64,000 nucleotides of DNA from Patescibacteria group bacterium UBA1406 (GCA_002305675.1 DBQA01000003.1:3278-67277); one strand, 5' to 3'. Positions 42,397-51,875 are shown, numbered from the stretch's first letter. Notes: a model not told the origin generated them from the sequence alone. Translations and numbers: made by a program.

Positions 42397-43989
42397 GTGA
42401 AAAGAAACAACCTTTATCTTCTGATCATCGTTGTGGCGGGACTGTTCATATATATCCCGTCCCTTTTCAACGGCTTTGTCTGGGACGACGAGGAGCAGGT
42501 GGTCAATAACCTGCACATCCGGTCGGTGACGAACGTGCCCTATTTTTTCAGCCAGAGCACTTTTAATACCGGCGGCGCCAATACCATGGGCGGGATGTAC
42601 TACAAACCGCTGATGCCGGCCTTTTTTTCGTTCATACATGCGTTCTCCGGCACAGGAGCCTGGGGATACCACCTTGTTCAGCTGGTGTTGCACATCCTGA
42701 CGGCGCTTCTGCTGTTCAGGTTTTTCAAACACTTTTTTACGGCCACGATCAGCTTTGGGATGACGCTAATTTTTCTGGTCCATCCCGGCAACTCCGAGGC
42801 GGTGTTATATGTGTCAGCCCTGCAGGACGTGCTGTTCATGTTCTTTGGCCTCCTGTCTATGGAATTCCTCATGAGGGAAGACCTTGAAGACAGGAACATA
42901 CTCCTGTCGGCCGTTTTTCTGTTTCTGTCCGTTCTGGGCAAGGAGACGGGCTTCCTGTTCGTTCCCCTGTCCGCCATATACCTCTATTTTTATAAGAGAA
43001 GGGAGCTCGGGAGGTGGATGATGATACTGAGCGTCTTGGTCAGCGGCTATGCCCTGCTGCGATTTGGCCTCGCGGGAATAGGCCTTAAGGACCAGGACCT
43101 GTCCCCGGTCATGCGGCTCTCTTTTACGGAAAGGCTTCTGAATATTCCCAAGGTACTACTCTTCTATATTGGTCTGGCCTTTTTCCCTCTGGACCTAGCC
43201 ATCTCCCAGCACTGGGTGGTCACGGGCCTGACGTGGACCGACTTCTGGCGGCCGGTTTTACTGGTGTCGGGATTCTTTCTGGCGGTTCTTTCTTATCTAT
43301 TTATAAAAAGAAAAGATCAGAAGGTCTTAAAGAAATGGCTTTTCTTTGCCTCTTTCCTGGTTCTCGGGCTTGGGCTTCATAGTCAGCTTGTACCCTTGGA
43401 TATGACGGTGGCGGAAAGGTGGTTCTATTTCCCCTCTGTCGGCTTCTTGGGTTTGGCAGGGGTATTGGTATCGGAATATCACCGGACCTTGGAAAAATAC
43501 CGGCAACCGGTAATGGCCATATCCGCCCTAGTACTTGTCCTGGTCTCGTCAAGGACCTTCATGCGCGTGTTCGACTGGAGGGACGGTCTGACGCTATTTA
43601 CTCGGGACGAAAGGATAGCGGCCGGCAACTTTGACTTCGAGAACAACCTGGGCGTCTACCTTTTTCGGGCGGGCAGACTGAAAGAAGCACGGGCGCATTA
43701 CCTGAGATCCGTGGCCGTGGCCCCGCACTGGTGGACGAACTGGAACAACCTGGCCGTAACCTATGAAATAGGAGGCGACCTGAAGCGGGCAGGGAAGTAT
43801 TACCAAAAGGCGCTCGAGAACGGCGACTACTATCTGGCCTATGAAAACTATGCCAACCTCTTATTGAAACAAAAGGACTATGTGGCGGCCAAAGAGTTCC
43901 TGGAAAAAGAGGCCTTGCCCAAGTTCCCCAACAACCAGAGGATGAGGGAAGCCTATCTTTATACGTTGTCCAAGCTCAAAGATGATTGA
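42397..43989 (+). CDS. GT-C-like membrane protein with C-terminal TPR repeats (TMTC/DUF1736-like O-glycosyltransferase)
   Basis: FNGFVWDDEEQVVNN first-loop motif, about 10 TM helices, and C-terminal TPRs (NNLGVYLFRAGRLKEARAHYLRSVAVAP...). GTG start 8 nt after TATAAT at 42383-42388. Confidence 0.65.
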   Translation: MKRNNLYLLIIVVAGLFIYIPSLFNGFVWDDEEQVVNNLHIRSVTNVPYFFSQSTFNTGGANTMGGMYYKPLMPAFFSFIHAFSGTGAWGYHLVQLVLHILTALLLFRFFKHFFTATISFGMTLIFLVHPGNSEAVLYVSALQDVLFMFFGLLSMEFLMREDLEDRNILLSAVFLFLSVLGKETGFLFVPLSAIYLYFYKRRELGRWMMILSVLVSGYALLRFGLAGIGLKDQDLSPVMRLSFTERLLNIPKVLLFYIGLAFFPLDLAISQHWVVTGLTWTDFWRPVLLVSGFFLAVLSYLFIKRKDQKVLKKWLFFASFLVLGLGLHSQLVPLDMTVAERWFYFPSVGFLGLAGVLVSEYHRTLEKYRQPVMAISALVLVLVSSRTFMRVFDWRDGLTLFTRDERIAAGNFDFENNLGVYLFRAGRLKEARAHYLRSVAVAPHWWTNWNNLAVTYEIGGDLKRAGKYYQKALENGDYYLAYENYANLLLKQKDYVAAKEFLEKEALPKFPNNQRMREAYLYTLSKLKDD

Positions 43990-44824
43990 TACCCACTGCC
44001 ACCTGAATTTCAAAGCTTTTATGAACGGGGTGAACGAAGTCATTGACACGGCCAAGAGAGCGGGAGTAACAAAGTTCGTTGTTCCCGGGACGGATATTTC
44101 CACCTCCGAACTGGCGGTGGAACTGGCCGGGCAGTATCCCTGTGTCCATGCCGCCGTCGGTATCCACCCTCACCACATCTACCAGTACCACCATGCCAAA
44201 GGGAAGGAGGCGGATTACGGTAGCTTGTTGGACAATGACCTTGCCTTTATCTCCAAGATGGTGGACGATAGGAGGGTGGTGGCTGTCGGTGAAGTGGGTA
44301 TGGACAGATACTATTACCGGGATACCAAGTACTCCACTTACCAGATCGATCCCGGGTTCATAGACCTGCAGGTGTCCGCCCTGGCCAGACAGATCCGGCT
44401 GGCGGTCGAGTACAGGAAGGCGCTGATACTCCATAACCGTCTGGCCGCAGCCGACCTTCTGGAGGTACTGGGTAAGGAATGGGAACCGGAACTTGAGGGA
44501 CGGACGGTATTCCACTGTGCCGAGCCGGAAGAACGGTTATTGGAGTTTGCGAGGAAGAACAAGGTGTTTATAGGAGTGGACGGTGATCTGACCTGGTCAA
44601 AAAGGAAGCAGAGGTTTATCCGTGAAGTACCATTGTCAATGTTGGTCCTGGAAACGGACGCCCCCTTCCTGACGCCCGAGCCGGTCCGGTTTGAAAAGCA
44701 GTTTCCCAACGAGCCAAAAAATATCACGCTTGTCAGAGAATTTGTTTCTAAATTAAAGGAGACGGACGTAAATTTAATAGAAAAGACGACTACCGAGAAC
44801 GCGCAGAGACTTTTCGGGATATAA
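43982..44824 (+). CDS. tatD: TatD-family metal-dependent hydrolase/DNase
   Basis: MIDTHCHLNF, AVGIHPHH, AVGEVGMD, LILHNR, ETDAPFLTP. Confidence 0.9.
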   Translation: MIDTHCHLNFKAFMNGVNEVIDTAKRAGVTKFVVPGTDISTSELAVELAGQYPCVHAAVGIHPHHIYQYHHAKGKEADYGSLLDNDLAFISKMVDDRRVVAVGEVGMDRYYYRDTKYSTYQIDPGFIDLQVSALARQIRLAVEYRKALILHNRLAAADLLEVLGKEWEPELEGRTVFHCAEPEERLLEFARKNKVFIGVDGDLTWSKRKQRFIREVPLSMLVLETDAPFLTPEPVRFEKQFPNEPKNITLVREFVSKLKETDVNLIEKTTTENAQRLFGI

Positions 44825-44830
44825 AGTCGA

Positions 44831-44870
44831 GAGGATGATGCCTGTTTTTTAAGCCCCAGACATCATCCTC
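44831..44870. terminator. 10-bp inverted repeat (bidirectional terminator candidate) between tatD and the convergent small ORFs
   Basis: GAGGATGATG (44831-44840) and CATCATCCTC (44861-44870), with a T-rich loop and flank. Confidence 0.6.
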
Positions 44871-44879
44871 CTTTATTTT

Positions 44880-45032
44880 CTAGACGAAGACCATGGCCAA
44901 GGTAGACAACCCGGCAATGGCTCCGCCTCCGATCGTCAGCCCGGTGTGGGGTATCATCAGCCCGGCAACTAGGGCCAAGACCCCTAAAAGGGCGATCGGA
45001 ACAAGGTCAGACTTGCTCCACCTCCATTTCAT
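44880..45032 (-). CDS. small hydrophobic protein (50 aa), paralog of 45040-45153
   Basis: MKWRWSKSDLVPIALLGVLALVAGLMIPHTGLTIGGGAIAGLSTLAMVFV. GAGG lies 6 nt upstream of the ATG. Not in the ORF track (<60 aa). Confidence 0.3.
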   Translation of the reverse strand: MKWRWSKSDLVPIALLGVLALVAGLMIPHTGLTIGGGAIAGLSTLAMVFV

Positions 45033-45039
45033 CTTAGCC

Positions 45040-45153
45040 TCAGAAAATCGCGGCCGCGACTAAGATGGCAACCACAATTCCCCCGACAATCGTAAGGCCT
45101 TCCGGCCTCAGCACCTCATAGACAAACAGTACAATCGTAAACGGGTTCCACAT
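45040..45153 (-). CDS. small hydrophobic protein (37 aa)
   Basis: MWNPFTIVLFVYEVLRPEGLTIVGGIVVAILVAAAIF, from the internal Met of track ORF 45040-45276. It shares the GLTI.GG..(V/A) motif with the next ORF. Confidence 0.3.
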   Translation of the reverse strand: MWNPFTIVLFVYEVLRPEGLTIVGGIVVAILVAAAIF

Positions 45154-45196
45154 GCCGATGTTTTCCTTTCGCTCTATGGTTTGTGTAAGGTCTGCC

Positions 45197-45226
45197 AAAA
45201 CAAAAAAGAACGTGGGGCACGTTCTT
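45197..45226 (-). terminator. rho-independent terminator of the tyrS-peptidase operon
   Basis: AAGAACGTG-ggg-CACGTTCTT (45206-45226). On the minus strand it is followed by TTTTGTTTT. Confidence 0.7.
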
Positions 45227-45335
45227 TTATAGGATAGTATTTTACTCCCCAAACCAGAGCTAATTCTATATTCCACACTACAAAAAAACTCTTAGTGAAT
45301 CGGGTGGGTTTTGAATAAATTGAACCTAGTTAGGT

Positions 45336-46427
45336 TCAATCTGTCTCCTTCGGGTATCTGGTAAGGGAAAGGCAGCCTTTTTTGGTCAAAAGAACTGTAT
45401 CCTCGATCCGGACGCCGAACCTACCCTCCAGGTAAAGGCCCGGCTCAATGGTAAAGACCATGCCTTCCTTCAGTTCGGCTTCCGAAGTAGGGGAGAGGTG
45501 GGGTTCTTCATGGATCTCAAGACCAAGGCCGTGCCCAAGGGAATGGGTGAAACATTCTGCCAGAGCGTATTTCTCGAAAATACGGTTGGCTATTTGAAAG
45601 GCCTCCCGTGCCTGCATGCCGACCCTTATTTTGCTTAATGCCTCTGATTGAGCCTCCATCACTTTTTGATAGATGGCCTGAAATTTCCGCCCCAATCTTT
45701 CTTGACCTGATTTTTTTGGGATATTAAAGGTCCGTGTCATGTCGGAAACGTAACCATGGTACTTTGTCCCAAGGTCTATTAGCAAGACCCCGTCGGTGAT
45801 TTTCCTCTTTCCGGCAGTATGGTGGGGGATGGCGGAGTGTTTGTTCATAGCGACAATGGGCTCAAAGGCAATATCCTCACCCCCGCAGTTCCGGATTTCT
45901 TTCTCAAGGTCAAAGCTGACCTCGGCTTCACTCCGGTTTTCCAGGCCTTTTGACATGACCTTCTCGAGGGCCGCCCCGGCCACCCGGCAGGCCTTCTTGA
46001 TGTGGTCTGTCTCCTGTCGGTCTTTGACCGAGCGCAAGCTTTCCACGATGCCTTTTCGGGGCTCAAGTCCAAGATGGGGATTGAGCTTTAAGAGATAACG
46101 ATGTTCGGCCACCCTCATGTTGTCTTCTTCAAAAGAGAGTCGGTGCTTTTTTACCTTCTCGAGGAGGTGCAGGATTTTTTGATAGTAATTCTCTTTCCGG
46201 CCGGTAATTTCGATCCTAAATTGATCATTGTTCTTGATCATGCCTGCGTATCTCAAATCGGTCACCAGATGGTTATGGGTAGGGGTAATCAGCATAAAAG
46301 CCTCTCTCTCGACGGGAGAAAACCCGCCCAGACCGCTTAGATAGGCGATATTGTACGGGCTGCCGATCAAAAAACAGTCTATCCCTTCCTTCTCCAAAAG
46401 GCGGCGAAGCTTATTTAGGCGGGTCAT
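45336..46427 (-). CDS. M24B Xaa-Pro aminopeptidase/dipeptidase
   Basis: Creatinase-like N-domain, then LIDLGTKYHGYVSDMTRTF, HSLGHGLGLEIHEEP, FTIEPGLY, VRIEDTVL. Confidence 0.85.
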   Translation of the reverse strand: MTRLNKLRRLLEKEGIDCFLIGSPYNIAYLSGLGGFSPVEREAFMLITPTHNHLVTDLRYAGMIKNNDQFRIEITGRKENYYQKILHLLEKVKKHRLSFEEDNMRVAEHRYLLKLNPHLGLEPRKGIVESLRSVKDRQETDHIKKACRVAGAALEKVMSKGLENRSEAEVSFDLEKEIRNCGGEDIAFEPIVAMNKHSAIPHHTAGKRKITDGVLLIDLGTKYHGYVSDMTRTFNIPKKSGQERLGRKFQAIYQKVMEAQSEALSKIRVGMQAREAFQIANRIFEKYALAECFTHSLGHGLGLEIHEEPHLSPTSEAELKEGMVFTIEPGLYLEGRFGVRIEDTVLLTKKGCLSLTRYPKETD

Positions 46428-46431
46428 TTCG

Positions 46432-47526
46432 TTAGCGGGTTACCTGGTAGCTCTGGACTTTCTCAAGAAGCTCTCTGGCCTGCGCGTCGGTCCGGAAGTG
46501 GTCTCTGACAGGCTCCAGAAGTTGATCAATGTACGTGGCGACGGTCTGCTTGAGGTCTTGCGGGTGAAGTTCCTTGTTGGCATAGGCGAGTTCCAGCTCC
46601 TGGTAGTTTCCGAAAGTCACGCGTCCCCCGAACTTCTCCGGCCGCTCGACGGTAAAGCTGTCCATGGATTCGAAGAGGATGTATCTGGCATATTCCAGGA
46701 CCGGGTTTTCCTCCACCACACCCTCCGGACACCAGGCTTTGTTCAGTTTGCGCTTGATATCATCGGCCGTATCGGTCATGAAGATGGCCGAATCCGGGTT
46801 GGACTTGGACATCTTCAGGGCCAGCGTTCTCTGTGACGGATCGGCGGTCTTGGCCGGCGGCTTTCCGAGGCCCATCAGCATATGGTGGCTGACGACCACC
46901 GGCTTCCAGAACCCCAGTTGGGGCCCGACCTCCCGGGCCAACATATTCACCTTGCGCTGGTCCATGCCCAGTTGGGTGATCTTTGCCCCCAGCATAAAGA
47001 TATCCGCCACCTGCATACAGGAATAGATGATGTGGGCGCCGGTCAGGTTCTCCAGGGATTCTTCGCGGCCCATCATTTCCGCGGTCCTGATAAACCGCTT
47101 GAGGGCGTTGGACTTGCCGACCTGCACCACAAGCTTCCAGTAATCGGGGTTTTTGGCCATGTCCGAGGCCCAGAGGAACTCCACTTTAGAGAGGTCCATG
47201 CCCGACGCCTTCCAGACCTCGATGAAATACCTGCCGACCGTCTGGATCCGGTCAAGGTCTCCGCCCATTTTGTTGTTGGCCATGGCGTGCCAGTCTGCCA
47301 CCCACATCTTAAAGCGGATGCCGGCCCTGGTCAGTTTGTTGATGTTAATGGCCCTGAGCAAACCCTGGGCGATATGGATCTGTCCCGATGGTTCAAAGCC
47401 GTCGTAGGCGATAAGATCCTCACCGGAAGCGAGGAGTGATTTCAGCTCGTCTTCCTGAACGATCTCCTCACCGACCTCCTTGATCAGAGAAAGCCTTTCT
47501 TCTAGGGATAAAGATTGCGTAGCCAT
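46432..47526 (-). CDS. tyrS: tyrosine--tRNA ligase, archaeal/eukaryotic type
   Basis: AYDGFEPSGQIHIAQG (HIGH-equivalent), GMDQRKVNMLARE, KMSKSNP, KAWCPEGVVEENPVLEY. ATG lies 6 nt after a minus-strand TATAAT (47533-47538). Confidence 0.8.
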   Translation of the reverse strand: MATQSLSLEERLSLIKEVGEEIVQEDELKSLLASGEDLIAYDGFEPSGQIHIAQGLLRAININKLTRAGIRFKMWVADWHAMANNKMGGDLDRIQTVGRYFIEVWKASGMDLSKVEFLWASDMAKNPDYWKLVVQVGKSNALKRFIRTAEMMGREESLENLTGAHIIYSCMQVADIFMLGAKITQLGMDQRKVNMLAREVGPQLGFWKPVVVSHHMLMGLGKPPAKTADPSQRTLALKMSKSNPDSAIFMTDTADDIKRKLNKAWCPEGVVEENPVLEYARYILFESMDSFTVERPEKFGGRVTFGNYQELELAYANKELHPQDLKQTVATYIDQLLEPVRDHFRTDAQARELLEKVQSYQVTR

Positions 47527-47546
47527 GCTTAAATTATACTAAAAGG

Positions 47547-47575
47547 TTGACAAAATATTTCCATTTGTTTATAGT
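47547..47575 (+). promoter_or_regulatory. sigma70-type promoter (TTGACA, 17-nt spacer, TATAGT) placing +1 at or next to ATG 47583
   Basis: TTGACA at 47547-47552, 17-nt spacer, TATAGT at 47570-47575, 7 nt to the ATG. Divergent from the tyrS promoter. Confidence 0.6.
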
Positions 47576-47582
47576 GAAAAAT

Positions 47583-48308
47583 ATGGACGACCAAAACAAA
47601 CCATCTAACCCAACCCAGCCTGTCGCACCGGCTATGAACAATGACGTGCCCGCAGTGCCGGCTCCGGCAGTGCCCGTTGCCCCTGCCGCCCCCCCGGCAC
47701 AGGAGGAGGATTTCCTGAAGAAACTGTCCCAGGATATGGAGAATCTGGCCAAAGAAGCGGAAACAGTTCCCGCAGCTCCCGCCCAACCGGCACCCGCAGT
47801 GCCCGTTGCCCCTGCCGCCCCGGCCGAACCCGTTGCTCCGGTAGAGCCGGCCGCCCCCGCGGTACCAGAGGTTCCCGCCACACCCGCGGACATGCCAAAG
47901 GAAGAGCTGGACGCTGCTGTCAAGATCCCCGAACCCCCCAAGGAAGAGGTCACGCTCTCGGACAATAAGATCACGGTCTATACCACTGCTAACTGCCCTT
48001 TCTGCCAATCCGAAAAGGGTTATCTGGCCTCCCAGAATCTGCCTTTTGAGGAGAAGAACGTGGAGGAGAATACGGAGAGCCTGAAAGAGATGCTCGCGGT
48101 CAGCGACAACTTTGCCGGAGTGCCTGTGACAGTCATAGAGGGTCCGAAAGGCCGAAAAGTTGTCAAAGGCTTTACAGAAGTGGAGTTCGCCAAAGAGCTT
48201 GAGGCTGCGGGTTTGAAGACTACGGCCGTCCCGGCCCCGGCTGCTCCCGCTCCAGAAGCGGTCGCCCCAACGGCGGACATGCCGGCCATTCCGGACCTGA
48301 CCCAATAA
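47583..48308 (+). CDS. glutaredoxin/NrdH-like thiol-disulfide protein with Pro/Ala-rich N- and C-terminal extensions
   Basis: Core ITVYTTANCPFCQSEKGYL...GVPVTVIEG (CPFC). The flanks are PAVPVAPAAP-type low complexity. Confidence 0.7.
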   Translation: MDDQNKPSNPTQPVAPAMNNDVPAVPAPAVPVAPAAPPAQEEDFLKKLSQDMENLAKEAETVPAAPAQPAPAVPVAPAAPAEPVAPVEPAAPAVPEVPATPADMPKEELDAAVKIPEPPKEEVTLSDNKITVYTTANCPFCQSEKGYLASQNLPFEEKNVEENTESLKEMLAVSDNFAGVPVTVIEGPKGRKVVKGFTEVEFAKELEAAGLKTTAVPAPAAPAPEAVAPTADMPAIPDLTQ

Positions 48309-48322
48309 ACGTCCGGCTAAAT

Positions 48323-50017
48323 ATGATGAAGCGCCTGCTATTGCTTCTTATCCTGCTTGCCAGTCTGCCTATCGGTGTACTAGCCCGAAGTGAAGCCATT
48401 CAGAGTTTCGACGCTCGCTATGATATTAACCAGGATGGGACGGTGAGGGTCGAGGAACGCATCACCTATGACTTTGGACTGGCGGAGAGGCACGGCATCA
48501 TCAGAAGGATACCCTACCTGAAGAAAAACAACGAAGGAAAAAGATTCATCCTGGAATACCGGGATTTCCGGGTGACCGACGGGCGTGGACAAAGTTACCG
48601 GGTAGAAGAGAGCAGGGAAGACGGCCATACCATTCTGAAAATAGGGGATCCGGACCGGACCGTTTCCGGTATCCGCACATATGTCATTTCATACCGGGTC
48701 TCAGGGGCGCTGACCTATTTTTCCGATCATGACGAGCTATACTGGAATGTTACCGGGAACGCGTGGGAAGCACCCATCCGGCAGATTCGGGCCACGGTGA
48801 CCCTGCCGGAAACGGCCGAGGGCGGCGGTTTTTTGCGCGGCATCTGTTTCACAGGCCCGCCGGGAAGTACTGACCATAACTGCTCAGTGACCCGGGAAGG
48901 CCTGAGGCTGACTTTTGAAAGCGAAACTGTCCTCTCTTCCGGCGAAGGGCTGACCATGGTGGCGGGTTTCCCAAAAGGTGTAGTAGGGGTGCTTGAGCCG
49001 GAGGAGTATACCCCTTTTTGGGAAAGTGCTGCCGGACAGGTGGCGAAGATAACCCTGGCCTTCATTGCCATCGGGCTTATGATCGGATGGTACCTGGCCT
49101 ACCCGCTTTTTATCGTGGTCAAATGGTGGCAGCAAGGGCGAGATCCCAATCCCGGCGGTGGCGAGGCGAAGGCCTGGTTCGAGCCTCCCAAGGGAAGCAA
49201 GGGACAGGTCATGCTGCCCGGGGAGGTGGGAACTCTCGTTGACGAACGGGTGCACCTGAAGGATATTCTGGCGACCGTCGTTGACCTCGCCCGACGGGGT
49301 TACCTGAAGATCAGCGAACGTCAGGACGGGGATTATTACCTGACCAGGACCAAGACTGACGGGGCCCGACTCGCGGAGCACGAAAAAATCCTGATGGAGG
49401 GGATCTTTTCCGGACAGAAAAACGAGGTGAGGCTCAAGGAGAAAAAACTTTATGGGACAGTGGAGAAGGCCGGTCAAAACCTCTACGCAAGCATGACCGC
49501 TGCAGGATACTTCCCCCAAAACCCCGACAAGATCAGAAATTTTTACAGGGTCATTGTCGGCCTGGCCTTAGCCACCCTGAACCCGCAGCTCGCGGCGGTG
49601 GCGACCATCTTCGGGCTCAATATGCCAAAGAAGACGGAGAAAGGTGTGCAGGCCACCTGGCAGGCAAGGTCCTTGCGGAATTTTCTGGTCTCTCAGGAGA
49701 GGCAGCTCAAGTTCCAGGCCAAGCACTATCACCTGTTCGAGAAACTACTGCCTTATGCCGTTGCCTTCGGGGTGGAGAAGGTCTGGGCGGACAGGTTCAG
49801 GGACATCGACCTGAAAAAGCCCGAGTGGTATGCATCGCACAGATCTGGCTCCTTCAACAGTACTACGCTGACGAGGGGTCTGGGACAGACGTTCTCCTCA
49901 TTCCAAAAAGCGGCCACTCCGCCAACTTCAACTACCTCGAGCCGCGGGTTTTCCTCCGGATTTTCAGGAGGCTCTTCCGGTGGGGGCGGGGGAGGCGGAG
50001 GGGGCAGCAGCTGGTGA
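48323..50017 (+). CDS. DUF2207-family membrane protein
   Basis: Signal peptide, IQSFDARYDINQDGTVRVEERITYDFGLAERHGIIRRIP, central TMs, and a Gly/Ser-rich tail GFSGGSSGGGGGGGGGSSW. Confidence 0.7.
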   Translation: MMKRLLLLLILLASLPIGVLARSEAIQSFDARYDINQDGTVRVEERITYDFGLAERHGIIRRIPYLKKNNEGKRFILEYRDFRVTDGRGQSYRVEESREDGHTILKIGDPDRTVSGIRTYVISYRVSGALTYFSDHDELYWNVTGNAWEAPIRQIRATVTLPETAEGGGFLRGICFTGPPGSTDHNCSVTREGLRLTFESETVLSSGEGLTMVAGFPKGVVGVLEPEEYTPFWESAAGQVAKITLAFIAIGLMIGWYLAYPLFIVVKWWQQGRDPNPGGGEAKAWFEPPKGSKGQVMLPGEVGTLVDERVHLKDILATVVDLARRGYLKISERQDGDYYLTRTKTDGARLAEHEKILMEGIFSGQKNEVRLKEKKLYGTVEKAGQNLYASMTAAGYFPQNPDKIRNFYRVIVGLALATLNPQLAAVATIFGLNMPKKTEKGVQATWQARSLRNFLVSQERQLKFQAKHYHLFEKLLPYAVAFGVEKVWADRFRDIDLKKPEWYASHRSGSFNSTTLTRGLGQTFSSFQKAATPPTSTTSSRGFSSGFSGGSSGGGGGGGGGSSW

Positions 50018-50048
50018 CAACTCCGCCAACTTCACGTATACTGTACCT

Positions 50049-51125
50049 ATGCCCAAGGGAAAGACCCTTATTCTATTGTCGGTCGCTATCCTGATCTTTT
50101 TTATAGCCGCCCCTGCGTCCGGCCAGCAGGATCTGGGTGAGAACACCAAGGACATTCTGGACAATGTATCGACTTTGGACAGGCCAGAGGGCGTCAAAGT
50201 GCCCAAGGCGGACTGCGGTTTCCTGGGATTGAACTGCTGGATCCCCAAGGTCGATTTTACCCACCAGCGCAATCTCCCCATCGAGGAACAGCAGGTCAGG
50301 GAGGACCTGAGCATACTGGAGCGGATTGTGGATTTTTTTACCCGGCTTTTCAATAAGTCAAGCGGCGAGCAGGGCTATTCAAAGACATACCTTCCTAAAA
50401 ACATCAGCGACTCCGATGCCACCGGGCAGGGCGCGGAGGGCGACCAAGACAACTTCAACTACCTCGGGGAAACGGAGAAGGAGCATACGAAGATCAAGCG
50501 GGCCCTCCTGCCGTACCGAGTGGTGGTTCCGGCCTCCGACAACGACATTTCCGGACCGGACGACGGTGACGGCGGTGGGGATGGCGATATCCCCCCGGAG
50601 AACGATACCGGGGCCCCGGAATACGCTTTGTCCCTGGTCCAGATCGCCGGGAAGAGTTGCGGCTGGGACATACCCGATTCCAGGAGCTACGGTCTGACCA
50701 GCAAGCAGGCACAGGCTTTCCGGGAGGCCAATGTCAGCTGCCTGAACGGGCACATCCGCACCGATGTCTACCTCTGGTTCCGGCGCTCCGCCACGGCTTT
50801 CACCTACCTGCAGTGCGTCGGGTTTGTTCAGGGCGTGGAGCTCGGGACAGGTTCGTCCCTTTCAGGCCGGAACGCCAAGGACTATTGCTCGGGTTCGGTG
50901 CCCTCCGGCTACGCCCGTTTTACGAATGCGGGCGCCCTCCGGCCGGGGGACGCGGTCGTTTATACGGGCGGAACGTGGGGGCATATCGCCACGGTCATCG
51001 AAGTGGGCAGCAATAAGGCCGGCTCCTGGTTCAGGCTGGCGGAGGCGAACTGGGGCCGGAGCGGTTCTATCGGCAAAAGAATGGATTACGCCAATAATGT
51101 CAGTTGCGTGCTGAGAAGGTTATAA
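50049..51125 (+). CDS. secreted CHAP-domain peptidoglycan amidase/peptidase
   Basis: Start at MPKGKTLILLSVAILIFFIAAPASG (ATG 50049). C-terminal CHAP pattern YLQCVGFVQG ... GDAVVYTGGTWGHIATVIEV ... EANWG. Confidence 0.7.
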   Translation: MPKGKTLILLSVAILIFFIAAPASGQQDLGENTKDILDNVSTLDRPEGVKVPKADCGFLGLNCWIPKVDFTHQRNLPIEEQQVREDLSILERIVDFFTRLFNKSSGEQGYSKTYLPKNISDSDATGQGAEGDQDNFNYLGETEKEHTKIKRALLPYRVVVPASDNDISGPDDGDGGGDGDIPPENDTGAPEYALSLVQIAGKSCGWDIPDSRSYGLTSKQAQAFREANVSCLNGHIRTDVYLWFRRSATAFTYLQCVGFVQGVELGTGSSLSGRNAKDYCSGSVPSGYARFTNAGALRPGDAVVYTGGTWGHIATVIEVGSNKAGSWFRLAEANWGRSGSIGKRMDYANNVSCVLRRL

Positions 51126-51143
51126 TTTATAGATAAACCTAAT

Positions 51144-51875
51144 ATGTGGGAAACCAACCGGAAATATTTAATTATCATTGCCTTTTCCCTGGTATTCGTG
51201 TTCCTTATTTTTATGGCCGCCCTGATGGGAATGAAGAAGGGTTCAGAGAGCCGACCCGGGGCGACGGTGACGCCTGCGAGGGTGCAGCCAACAGCCCCTG
51301 TTCCGGAAACAGCCCCACTCAGCCTTGTGTCAACCAGTCCTAATAACGGGGCCGAGGCCGTGGGTTTGGACACGAACATCGAGCTTCGCTTCAACCGCAC
51401 CCCCCGGGCGAGCGAGCTCACCATCAGCCTGGTGGAAAACCTGACAGAACAGAAAAGCTACCGGACCCGCATCATCGATAATAAGCTGGTGGTCATACCG
51501 GACACGCCTTTGGCGGAAAGCAGCGTCTACAGAGTGACGGTACGGCGGGCGGCGGACCTGGAACTGATCGGGGAGGTGTCTTTTCTGACCCTGACCACAA
51601 CTGTCCGGGAGGATACCCGGCCGGTGGAACTTGTCACCCAGATCGAGGAACGAAGCAGGGAAGAGCGGCCGGACATTTATCTCGCCAACAAGATGCCCTA
51701 TGATAGCGCCGATTTCCGGATGGATCTGGAAATAGATGAGGTCGGCAATTTCACTTTTGTCGTCACCTCGAACAAATATACCGGCGGGCTCTTGGTAAAC
51801 AGGGTGAACCAGTGGCTTCAGAGCATAGGTTTGACCGTGGAACAGATCGAGGACCTGGAGTTCGCCTACCGTTAA
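51144..51875 (+). CDS. membrane-anchored protein with an SbsA-Ig/Big_5-like domain
   Basis: TM IIIAFSLVFVFLIFMAAL. LSLVSTSPNNGAEAVGLDTNIELRFNRTP...YRVTV. Confidence 0.45.
   Translation: MWETNRKYLIIIAFSLVFVFLIFMAALMGMKKGSESRPGATVTPARVQPTAPVPETAPLSLVSTSPNNGAEAVGLDTNIELRFNRTPRASELTISLVENLTEQKSYRTRIIDNKLVVIPDTPLAESSVYRVTVRRAADLELIGEVSFLTLTTTVREDTRPVELVTQIEERSREERPDIYLANKMPYDSADFRMDLEIDEVGNFTFVVTSNKYTGGLLVNRVNQWLQSIGLTVEQIEDLEFAYR

Noticed and set aside
47529-48308. 258-aa and 146-aa minus-strand ORFs (Gly/Arg/Cys-rich or Ala/Gly-rich) opposite the Grx-like gene
   Set aside because: They mirror the Pro/Ala-rich low-complexity coding sequence. The plus strand has the CPFC glutaredoxin core and a full promoter.
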